A stretch of DNA of 24,129 bases from a virus (Duplodnaviria > Caudoviricetes), in the IMG/VR virus record IMGVR_UViG_3300044490_000127, positions 1 through 24,129 of that record. One strand, 5' to 3'. Numbering within the stretch: the first letter of the stretch is position 1; the number at the start of each line of letters is the position of its first letter. A program made the position numbers and the translations under genes. A model generated the notes under the pieces. It was not told the origin of the DNA, did no database searches, and was given only the letters and a program-made list of their open reading frames with translations. Below, in pieces: positions 16,407-24,129 of this stretch.

Positions 16407-16817
16407 ATGGGCAGTATTTTAACTCAAGAAGAACGTCAAACCTTGCGTCGTGAAGTTGGTTTGATTCCTGTGCCAGTCAAAGCTGGTGCAACGGTAATGG
16501 CTGGTTTTATTGCTGTTGTTGATGCCACAGGTCATGCAGTAACAGCAACTGCTGCAACAGGTTTGACTTATCTAGGTCGCTATGAAGATAGCGTTGATAA
16601 CACTGATGGCGGTAATGGTGACGTATACGTTTTAGTACGTACTCATGATGCGTTCTTATTTGCTAACAGTGCTACCGATCCTGTGACTCAGGCATCGTTT
16701 GGTAAGCCTTGTTATATCGAAAATAACGAAACAGTTGCTGAAACAGATGGTGGTGGAACCTTGTCAGCAGCTGGTCGTGTAGTGGGTATTGATGAAAATG
16801 GAGTATGGGTAGAATGA
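16407..16817 (+). CDS. putative capsid decoration/cement protein
   Basis: Gly/Ala/Val-rich beta-type protein located between scaffold and major capsid. Confidence 0.6.
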   Translation: MGSILTQEERQTLRREVGLIPVPVKAGATVMAGFIAVVDATGHAVTATAATGLTYLGRYEDSVDNTDGGNGDVYVLVRTHDAFLFANSATDPVTQASFGKPCYIENNETVAETDGGGTLSAAGRVVGIDENGVWVE

Positions 16818-17722
16818 TCGTTAATGGCGCGAATTTAAATGCAATTTTCTTAAACTTGAGTAAGGCTTTTAACCTGACTTTTAATGATACTCAAGTTGAA
16901 TACCCTGATATTGCTATGGTTATCCCAAGCAATGGTGCATATCAGGACTATCGTTGGTTGTCGAATTTTCCACAAATGAAAGAATGGGTTGGCAAAAAAA
17001 ATATTGCCAAACTTTCAGAATATGATTACGTCATTCGCAATAAAAATTATGAAGCAACGATTGAGGTGCTTCGTGACAATATTGAAGATGATCAACTTGG
17101 TATTTATAAACCGCAAGCTGAATCGGCTGCTTGGTCTGCAAAACAGCATCCTGATGAAATTGTATTTGAAGCTGCTAATGCTGTATTTACTGCCAAGTGT
17201 TATGACGGCCAACCAATGGTTTCTAATAATCATAAAGTTGGTAAAACTACTGTCAGCAATAAAGGCACCAAGAAACTTTCAATCGCATCACAGGAGGCTG
17301 CTCGAGCTTCTTTCGGTGCCGCGCGCACAGCAATGCGAAAATTTAAAGATGAAGAAGGCCGTCCTTTAAATATCACACCAAACCTTTTGCTTGTGCCTCC
17401 TGCGCTTGAAGACATTGCTAATGCTTTGATGACAAATGCTCAATTAGAAGATGGTAAACCAAACCCTTATAAAGGCACTGCTAAGGTTAAGGTTTCAACT
17501 CGTCTAACAGATGACAATGCATGGTTCCTTCTTGATACAACCAAACCTGTTAAGCCTTTCGTGTACCAGCAACGTAAGAAGCCAGTTTTTGTGCAGATGA
17601 CTAGTATGGATTCACCAAACGTATTTATGGAAGGTGTTTTCTATTTTGGTGTCGAAGCGCGTGGTGCGGGTGGTTATGGTTTCTGGCAAACCATTTACGG
17701 CTCTACTGGTACGGAGGCGTAA
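16814..17722 (+). CDS. major capsid protein (Mu gpT-like)
   Basis: DNIEDDQLGIY, CYDGQP, LLVPPALE and WFLLDTTKPVKPF motifs; ATGA overlap with the upstream stop. Confidence 0.93.
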   Translation: MIVNGANLNAIFLNLSKAFNLTFNDTQVEYPDIAMVIPSNGAYQDYRWLSNFPQMKEWVGKKNIAKLSEYDYVIRNKNYEATIEVLRDNIEDDQLGIYKPQAESAAWSAKQHPDEIVFEAANAVFTAKCYDGQPMVSNNHKVGKTTVSNKGTKKLSIASQEAARASFGAARTAMRKFKDEEGRPLNITPNLLLVPPALEDIANALMTNAQLEDGKPNPYKGTAKVKVSTRLTDDNAWFLLDTTKPVKPFVYQQRKKPVFVQMTSMDSPNVFMEGVFYFGVEARGAGGYGFWQTIYGSTGTEA

Positions 17723-17725
17723 CCC

Positions 17726-18160
17726 ATGAGCTATGCAACGGCAGCTGCGATGATTGCGAAGTTTGGTGAGCGTGAACTTATTCAGCTCACTGATAATGAA
17801 GAATCTGAATATTCAGATGCTATTAACTACGACAAGTTGAATGCAGCACTGCAAGAAGCGAATTCAGAAGTTGATGGCTACCTCATTGGTCGTTATAAGC
17901 TGCCGTTGCAACCTGTTCCTCCATTTTTAGAAAGTATTGCTTGCCACATTGCACGTTATCACGCTTGTACTGGAGCAATTTCTGAAAATGATCCAATCCG
18001 TACTCGTTATGACAATGCAATTAAAACATTAAAGGAAATTGCAAAAGGTACAGTCAGCCTTGGTAATGCTCCAGCTGGTGAGTCTGAGCCTGTTAAAACT
18101 TCATCAAATAATGTGATGTTTCAAGTCGGACGCAATGATTTCGGAGGTCGTGGATGGTAA
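17726..18160 (+). CDS. head-tail connector (Mu gp36-like, DUF1320)
   Basis: YAT...FGERELIQLTD...EVDGYL..RYKLPL signature. Confidence 0.88.
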   Translation: MSYATAAAMIAKFGERELIQLTDNEESEYSDAINYDKLNAALQEANSEVDGYLIGRYKLPLQPVPPFLESIACHIARYHACTGAISENDPIRTRYDNAIKTLKEIAKGTVSLGNAPAGESEPVKTSSNNVMFQVGRNDFGGRGW

Positions 18161-18765
18161 ATCTTGATCTCGGTATTGTTGTGCAAGGCATGAAAGATGT
18201 TATGCATAAACAGGTTGAAAGTAAGGCATGGCCTTGGGTTCGTGCAATCAAAACTTATGGTGGTGAGTTTGATGGCGAAACATTGGCATTTGTAAAAGCC
18301 TTTCCCGCGATATGGGTGACATTTCAAGGTTCGGGAACTCCCAAAAAAATCTCACATAACAAGACTGAATATCCAGTCACCTTGATTGTTTTGGTCGGTG
18401 CACGTTCTGTGCGTAATGAAGAAGCTCAACGCTTAGGTGCGGGTCGTGACATCGGTACTTTTAAAATGCTTAGCCATGTCCAGAACTTACTCATTGGTAA
18501 TGACTTATCAAGTGTTGGCATTAAAGGCTTAGCTTCATTAGAACTGGGCCGTACCAAAACTATTTTTAATACAACTACACGTGATCAATCAGTCAGTGTA
18601 CTTGCTCAAGAATTTCATACCCAATACACCATCACGGCTTCTGACAGAGACCGTGAAGAGGCTGAGACTGTTGAAGATCTGCTGGGTGTTCAAGTCGATT
18701 ATTACTATCAACCAGACGATGGCATTGTTGATGCCTCGGATCGTGTTGAGTTTCAGGAAAATTAA
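18154..18765 (+). CDS. Mu gp37-like neck/tail terminator protein (DUF1834)
   Basis: TYGGEFD...FPAIWVTF...VGARSVRNEE; synteny. Confidence 0.8.
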   Translation: MVNLDLGIVVQGMKDVMHKQVESKAWPWVRAIKTYGGEFDGETLAFVKAFPAIWVTFQGSGTPKKISHNKTEYPVTLIVLVGARSVRNEEAQRLGAGRDIGTFKMLSHVQNLLIGNDLSSVGIKGLASLELGRTKTIFNTTTRDQSVSVLAQEFHTQYTITASDRDREEAETVEDLLGVQVDYYYQPDDGIVDASDRVEFQEN

Positions 18766-18768
18766 GCT

Positions 18769-19119
18769 ATGTCTATTTCTGCAAATATTAAAGTTCCAGA
18801 CGTATACACCAGCGTCAATATCAATACTCAGCGGACGGGTTTACCCTTAAACGATCAGCGAGTTTTATTTGTGACGCTGGATGTTTTGTCTGAGCAATTT
18901 ACGCCAGTCGACGTTTATGACAAAGCTGATGCTGATACCAAGTTTGGTGCTAACTCACAAGCTGGGCGAATGATTACAGCTGCTGTTAAAACAAATCGAA
19001 CTGTTAATGTGCAAGCCATTGCACTTGCAATTGAAGGCTTTCAAACTCAGGCAGCTATTCAGACCGAAGGTGGAAGCGCGCTTCAGACTGAAGGCGGTGC
19101 TTTGATTGAACCGGAGTAA
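18769..19119 (+). CDS. N-terminal module of a Mu gpL-like tail sheath protein with a repeated QTEGG tail
   Basis: IKVPDVYTSVN...LP...QRVLF...VDVY...ADTKFGANSQAGRM resembles gpL N-termini; sits at the sheath position. Confidence 0.65.
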   Translation: MSISANIKVPDVYTSVNINTQRTGLPLNDQRVLFVTLDVLSEQFTPVDVYDKADADTKFGANSQAGRMITAAVKTNRTVNVQAIALAIEGFQTQAAIQTEGGSALQTEGGALIEPE

Positions 19120-19122
19120 GTT

Positions 19123-22100
19123 ATGGCTCAACAAACTGTTGTAATTGAAGTACCAGGAACTCCGATTAGTGAGTTAGAACCAACTTCTAGTGTAACTGCT
19201 GGAGATGTAATTCCACTTGTGCAGGGAGAAGAAACAAAAAAAGCTCCTCTTGAACAAATTGTTGATCTTGTTAAAAAAGGTCTAGGAACAGCTGCATTAA
19301 AAAATGAAAATGACTTTGCAACACCGACTTCCGTTACAGAAGTAAGTCGAGCTAGTCAAATGCGTGATGATGCTCAGAATGAACGTATTGATACGCTTGA
19401 GTACCTTCAACAAACAACTGCGGGAGGTTATTTTAAATCTTATTTAACTCTTGCTCAGGCAAATGCTGATATTGCTAACATACCTTTGAACGTCACAGTC
19501 AAAGTAATGTCTGCAACTGAGGGTGGCGATTATTTTAAAGATGTTGCAAGCGCTACAACATTGACAAAATCACCCTATGATCTTGAAAAGATTTTCAATG
19601 GTCAGATTGACTCTAAGACTAATATCAATTTGTATCGTGGAATCAATGCCCACAATCCGAATTTCAATGCAAATAGTTTTGATAAGACGACAACTAAACT
19701 TGACTATGCACCTACCGAAATAAGATATAAAAATCTTAACGTAACGGGCGGATTTTCAGTGCCATTTAACGGTGAGCTAAGGTCAAAAATTCAGGTCTGG
19801 GCAAAAGTAAAAAGTGCTGTTTTGAATGCTGGCACTATGCGTTTGCTAGTTCAAGCGATCAAGAATGATGGTTCAAACTTTTTAAGCGTATATGGAACGA
19901 TTCCAAATGGAACTGTGGGTTGGATTAAACTTGCAGAACTTACTTCATTAACAGAAGCTAACCGCGCTGTATTTAATCGTTTAACAATTACGCCGCATGT
20001 TGTGAATGGCGCTGAATTAATTATTGAAGATTTTTATATTGGTGAATCAGTCCCAACAACAGCATTTGTGCGTACACGTGAACCAATCGACCGTGTAACA
20101 GCGCGTGTTGCAACACGTAGAAGTTTACTTCCAAAATGGACGTTATATCCAAACACGGCTGGCGTTGTTGTAAACGAAAATGGCGATATTTCTATACCAG
20201 CAAATGGCTCTTATGTTTTGACATTTAATGTCGAGAATGCAAGTCGAATTAACTATTGCGGGTATATAGACCAAGTCGCTACAGGTGATTGTCGACTTTA
20301 TTTTCGAGGCTTTCGAGCTGGAACATCACCTGCTACATTCCATGATATTCCTTATTTCCCTACAGCTGTCGGTGGTGTTGAATGTATTGGTGCTGTGCAA
20401 TTCGATTCACTTGTTTCTAGTGTGCAATTGACGATAACCAACTTCAGTACGACAGATCCAATCACTTTACGCTCATTTGATATTTGTTATGACGCTGTTG
20501 CAGTGAACGGACAACTGAAAATCGGTGATAAGCTTGATATAGCGACAATTAAAACCGATATTATTCAGTCAGTTGTAAACACCAAACCAATTCAAAATTA
20601 TTCAAGTGCGCCAAATTCGGAATTCATGCCGAAAAATTTGAGTGGCAAACGTGTTGTGACATCGAACCGAACACATTTTGAGTTTGTCACCAATGGAAAT
20701 ATCAAGCCCAACACTACGTATTACGTAAGTTTTCCTGATGCTGTAGCAACGTTGGGGACTGGTACTGCTCAGTGTGTTTTTTCGCATGTACGCGCTGATA
20801 TTTCGCCTATAGGCGGAGTAAGTCGAAATTTTTCGGCTGTTGGAGGTGTACTTAATGTGCCTTTGACGACCACGGCAGAAACCTATCGTTTAGCTATTGC
20901 AGTAAATGTTACTGGTGATGCGACTGTTGAACTCGGCAGAATGTTACTAACTGAAGTTCAGTATGCTACTGATAAAGTTTTTTCTGATTATTTTATAAGT
21001 GACGGTACAGGTACAGTTGTTAGTGATTTTGATTATCCGACACTATCGGGATTTACAAAGTACGGACTGTCAGTCGATTACCCCATTTCAACAGATGGCA
21101 CGGATAGAGTTTTATCAATTCCGAACACAACAGCTACTGGCGACGGACAAGGTTTACGCTGGATAGTAAACATGCCAAAAAACAACACTAAAAATATTCT
21201 GTTGACGTTTTTAGCTAAGTTAAATATGTCAGATATGGCTGTTAACCCAACAAAACTGTGGATCCGTTATTTCCGTGATGGATCAACAACAGAAATGGGC
21301 GCTGAAATTCGCACACTTACATTTAATCGCGATAATAGCTATGCGTTAAATCAAGTGTGGATACCAGCAAAGTACGGCCCTTATGATGTTAGTTATATTG
21401 AAATGTATATCTACATCAATTCGACTGCTACCGCACCATTGCAGTTGAAGCGATTTATCAAAACTTTGGGAATTCATAACCCGTATGTAGCATTCATTAA
21501 ATATTTAAATGATGTAGCACCTACAGGTTTAAGTGATTATTTACGCTTAAAGGATGCTTTAACTGCCCAGCCACAAAATGTTTTTAGTGTTGGCCGTCAG
21601 CTTTTCAGACCTTTAAAAACAGTTCAGCAAACTGCTTCAGATTATGAATTAATGAATGGACAGTCTTTATTGCCCAATCGTTTAAACAACTTGCGTTACA
21701 TTGATTCAGATGGTTTCTTGATTGCATTCATAGATCGTGATGACACTGTTTATCTAAGAAAAGGTACAGCGTTATATAAAACAACTGTTGATGATCTAAA
21801 TTCGCGCTGTATTGCAACAACGACTGTTGGTACAGAAAAACGCGGTGTATTTAATAGTGCAGGTTTGAACCTAATTAATGCTAATGCTCCAGCTGGATTC
21901 ATGCGTGTTACAGGCGATGGAACTTTTGTTCTAGTTAGCAGAACAACAGCGTTTTATTCAATTGATAAGGGTGTAACTTGGTTAGAAGCAACGGGATACC
22001 AAGATGTTAACGGTGAACACTATAACGCTTGGGGTACTGATTGCTCAGATAACGTTGTTCTAACATCGGGCTATAAATTGGCTTCTGAAGGGCGCGGTAA

Positions 22101-22809
22101 AGGTCGAATTAACTTCTCGAAGGATAACGGGAAAACTTACCAAGTTATTTTAGATATTGAGACTTCACCATTCATTGATGATGCGCGACGTGGCTCTATG
22201 CATATTCATTCAATGAAGTATGACCCATTCTGGCAAGGCGTGTGGGTGGTTATGGGCGATGGCGCTTTTCAAAACCCAAATTCAACTGTCACTTCAAATA
22301 TCTGGTTTATTGAAAACCCAGCAACTGCTCAGCAAAGCATGATTAGTTATGACAGTCGTGGACAGGATTGGTTGAATGAACAGCATGTGTCAGTTTTTCC
22401 GATGCAAGACTGTATTTTGTTTGGATCCGACGCGAATCCAACTGGTCTATATCGCATGGCTAGAACTAAGAATGTTAAAGCTTTCCGTGATGTTGCTGTC
22501 CCGATTTCTACCGCCTTGAGTCACTATGGTTGTGGCGGTTATCAACATCAGCAATATTTACCTGCAACAATTTATTTTGGTAAAGCAAGTGAGTATACGG
22601 GCAATCTAAATGACAAAGTTTTCTTGACCTACGATGGTGTAAACATTGTCGAAATTTATACAGAGCCTGAAACAAGCAACATTCCGTCTGGCAAAGTAAA
22701 TACATTTGCTTTTGCGCTAGATAAACATTTCATCTTTGAACGTCGGACTGATCAGCGATTTGCGAGTGGCAACACTTGGATCGTGGCTGATATTCGCTAT
22801 ATTCGTTAA
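19123..22809 (+). CDS. large fibre/spike-like protein with a C-terminal Asp-box beta-propeller (candidate capsule depolymerase or receptor-binding protein)
   Basis: N-terminal ISELEPTSSVTAGDVIPLVQGEETKK fibre-type head, beta-rich middle, Asp-boxes YSIDKGVTW and FSKDNGKTY. Confidence 0.65.
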   Translation: MAQQTVVIEVPGTPISELEPTSSVTAGDVIPLVQGEETKKAPLEQIVDLVKKGLGTAALKNENDFATPTSVTEVSRASQMRDDAQNERIDTLEYLQQTTAGGYFKSYLTLAQANADIANIPLNVTVKVMSATEGGDYFKDVASATTLTKSPYDLEKIFNGQIDSKTNINLYRGINAHNPNFNANSFDKTTTKLDYAPTEIRYKNLNVTGGFSVPFNGELRSKIQVWAKVKSAVLNAGTMRLLVQAIKNDGSNFLSVYGTIPNGTVGWIKLAELTSLTEANRAVFNRLTITPHVVNGAELIIEDFYIGESVPTTAFVRTREPIDRVTARVATRRSLLPKWTLYPNTAGVVVNENGDISIPANGSYVLTFNVENASRINYCGYIDQVATGDCRLYFRGFRAGTSPATFHDIPYFPTAVGGVECIGAVQFDSLVSSVQLTITNFSTTDPITLRSFDICYDAVAVNGQLKIGDKLDIATIKTDIIQSVVNTKPIQNYSSAPNSEFMPKNLSGKRVVTSNRTHFEFVTNGNIKPNTTYYVSFPDAVATLGTGTAQCVFSHVRADISPIGGVSRNFSAVGGVLNVPLTTTAETYRLAIAVNVTGDATVELGRMLLTEVQYATDKVFSDYFISDGTGTVVSDFDYPTLSGFTKYGLSVDYPISTDGTDRVLSIPNTTATGDGQGLRWIVNMPKNNTKNILLTFLAKLNMSDMAVNPTKLWIRYFRDGSTTEMGAEIRTLTFNRDNSYALNQVWIPAKYGPYDVSYIEMYIYINSTATAPLQLKRFIKTLGIHNPYVAFIKYLNDVAPTGLSDYLRLKDALTAQPQNVFSVGRQLFRPLKTVQQTASDYELMNGQSLLPNRLNNLRYIDSDGFLIAFIDRDDTVYLRKGTALYKTTVDDLNSRCIATTTVGTEKRGVFNSAGLNLINANAPAGFMRVTGDGTFVLVSRTTAFYSIDKGVTWLEATGYQDVNGEHYNAWGTDCSDNVVLTSGYKLASEGRGKGRINFSKDNGKTYQVILDIETSPFIDDARRGSMHIHSMKYDPFWQGVWVVMGDGAFQNPNSTVTSNIWFIENPATAQQSMISYDSRGQDWLNEQHVSVFPMQDCILFGSDANPTGLYRMARTKNVKAFRDVAVPISTALSHYGCGGYQHQQYLPATIYFGKASEYTGNLNDKVFLTYDGVNIVEIYTEPETSNIPSGKVNTFAFALDKHFIFERRTDQRFASGNTWIVADIRYIR

Positions 22810-22822
22810 TTAGGATTTAATT

Positions 22823-23632
22823 ATGACTCTTCAAAATACACTCGATACCATCGCACCTTTAGGACACACCATCATTGCTGTATCAGCTCCTCCAGCTGCT
22901 GGAACTGATACAGCTGCATGGATTGATCACTTAACTTCTGTCAGTGATGCAATCAACCAGAAACCCGCGATTTTGGTAGTTCCATTTACTGATATTGTTG
23001 CTGCTGAAACCTTTGCAGACCAAGTTCCTGTGAAGACTTGTTACCGTGTGGTTGTGGTTTGCTATCACGGTGCAACAGGTCAAGAACCAGAACTTGCAGC
23101 AGCTATGGCGGCAGCTTTGGCAGACTCAAACGATCCAGCTTTACCTTTCAATGGTGTAAACCTTGAAGGTGTTAAGCCTGTTTCTGATGAGTACAAGTTG
23201 AAGTTTGAACGTATTAATGCCGCCTTAAACAAAGGCGTTTGCATGATCGAAACTGGCGCTGACGGCAAGCCTGAAATTGTTCGCGCAATTTCTACATTCC
23301 GTATCAATCCAGACTCAGGCGATGCAGATGACATCATGCTGGACATTAATGGCGCACTGGTTATTGATTACACACGTAAAGTTATTCGCACGGCTTTGCG
23401 TAAAGAACGTCGCCGCAAAAATACAGCAGCAGCTCGACGTAATGTTCGCTCGGTTATGTTGGCTGAACTTCTGAAACTTGATCGTGCTGAAATCCTTGAA
23501 AATGTTGAAGCGACGAAAGATCAATTAACTGTTATTCAGAACGAAAACAACAAAACTTGGGCTATCGGCAAAATCCCAGCACATTGGGTGCGTGGCATGC
23601 ATGTAGTAGATGCACAACTCGATGTCTATTAA
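22823..23632 (+). CDS. C-terminal part of a Mu gpL-like tail sheath protein
   Basis: DPALPFN, NAALNKGV, IVRAISTF, LDI...IDYTRK and ILENVE motifs; precedes the tube gene. Confidence 0.8.
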   Translation: MTLQNTLDTIAPLGHTIIAVSAPPAAGTDTAAWIDHLTSVSDAINQKPAILVVPFTDIVAAETFADQVPVKTCYRVVVVCYHGATGQEPELAAAMAAALADSNDPALPFNGVNLEGVKPVSDEYKLKFERINAALNKGVCMIETGADGKPEIVRAISTFRINPDSGDADDIMLDINGALVIDYTRKVIRTALRKERRRKNTAAARRNVRSVMLAELLKLDRAEILENVEATKDQLTVIQNENNKTWAIGKIPAHWVRGMHVVDAQLDVY

Positions 23633-23645
23633 TCAACTCTCTTTT

Positions 23646-23671
23646 AAAAGGTCGCAATTGCGGCCTTTTTT
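23646..23671 (+). terminator. intrinsic terminator
   Basis: AAAAGGTCGC-AATT-GCGGCCTTTTTT. Confidence 0.8.
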
Positions 23672-23674
23672 ATT

Positions 23675-23722
23675 GGGCGGAAGTATTTCCGCCTGATCTT
23701 ATTTAAATAGTTATTTGACAAT
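23675..23722 (+). promoter_or_regulatory. putative late promoter 5 (tail tube)
   Basis: GGGCGGAAGTATTTCCGCCTGAT followed by GACAAT at 23717. Confidence 0.7.
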
Positions 23723-23750
23723 GGGTCATCGTTAAAAAGAGAGACACACA

Positions 23751-24128
23751 ATGTCTGAAGATGCAGTTGGCTCAATTGTAATGAGCTTTAATGGGCTTGA
23801 TTACGACGTTGCACGGCTTGGTACAAGTGTTGTGACTGGGAACCGCCCAATCCCTACGATGAACCGCCAACAACGCGTGAAATATAAATCGAAAGGTATT
23901 ACAACTTATGAACTTACTGCAACTGTAGTCATTCCAGATGGTAAAGACGCAGTGCAATGGCTCAATGTTGAGGATGCCCGAATTTCAATCGAGTCACCTT
24001 CAGGGAATTACCGAGAGACTTTTATTGACTGTAATGTCACTTCTAGAGGCTCCACTTATGACTTGAATGGCGAAACAGTTCGTGAGCTTCAGTTGTTCTG
24101 TTTAGATTATATTGACGAAACATTGTAG
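23751..24128 (+). CDS. tail tube protein (Mu gpM-like)
   Basis: 125-aa beta-rich protein directly after the sheath gene. Confidence 0.75.
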   Translation: MSEDAVGSIVMSFNGLDYDVARLGTSVVTGNRPIPTMNRQQRVKYKSKGITTYELTATVVIPDGKDAVQWLNVEDARISIESPSGNYRETFIDCNVTSRGSTYDLNGETVRELQLFCLDYIDETL

Positions 24129-24129
24129 G

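Larger units (their letters stand above)
1..24129. mobile_element. Mu-like (transposable) prophage, internal segment, B3/BcepMu-like gene order
   Basis: DDE transposase next to an AAA ATPase, a divergent repressor/Ner-like pair, and Mu-type gp26-gp27-terL-portal-F-G-I-T-gp36-gp37-L-M synteny. No host genes or termini are visible. Confidence 0.95.

Noticed and set aside
19123-22809. The large gene as an intron, intein or IS interrupting the sheath
   Set aside because: No RT, homing endonuclease, transposase or splicing motifs and no terminal repeats are visible; the downstream sheath ORF has its own RBS and start.
6347-23697. GGCGGAA-N4-TTCCGCC repeats as a CRISPR array, REP elements or terminators
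   Set aside because: The copies are kilobases apart with no spacers or cas genes, most lack a proper U-tract, and the fixed distance to a -10-like hexamer fits activator sites better.
8180-23957. Short antisense or out-of-frame ORFs nested in late genes (for example 9157-9486, 12102-12437, 16989-17369)
   Set aside because: They lie within well-supported structural genes and show no independent coding evidence.

Overview
The whole window is the central part of a transposable (Mu-like) prophage with a B3/BcepMu-type layout. The host is probably Acinetobacter; this is an inference from the AT-rich composition and the protein families and is not verified. Positions 1-5031 are a leftward early operon: Ner-like regulator, IclR-like HTH, DUF3102-like protein, DDE transposase, MuB-like AAA ATPase, TraR-like zinc finger and two tiny membrane peptides. 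A divergent CI/LexA-type repressor and a lipoprotein follow, then rightward late genes for lysis, terminase, portal, MuF, gpG, protease/scaffold, capsid, neck, sheath and tube. Four things stand out. (1) The Mu gpL-type tail sheath gene appears split in two around a 1228-aa fibre-like protein with Asp-box (sialidase-like) motifs. (2) A dyad motif, CGGAA-N4-TTCCGCCTGAT, occurs five times, each time 19 nt upstream of a -10-like hexamer, which suggests an activator-dependent late regulon. (3) A cassette between terL and portal holds an antisense AT-rich membrane-protein gene and a DNA adenine methyltransferase with a structured, switch-like leader RNA and a 7-codon uORF. (4) A hairpin hides the endolysin RBS unless transcription starts at the late promoter. 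Neither prophage end is visible in the window. All product calls come from motif recognition and synteny, without database searches.
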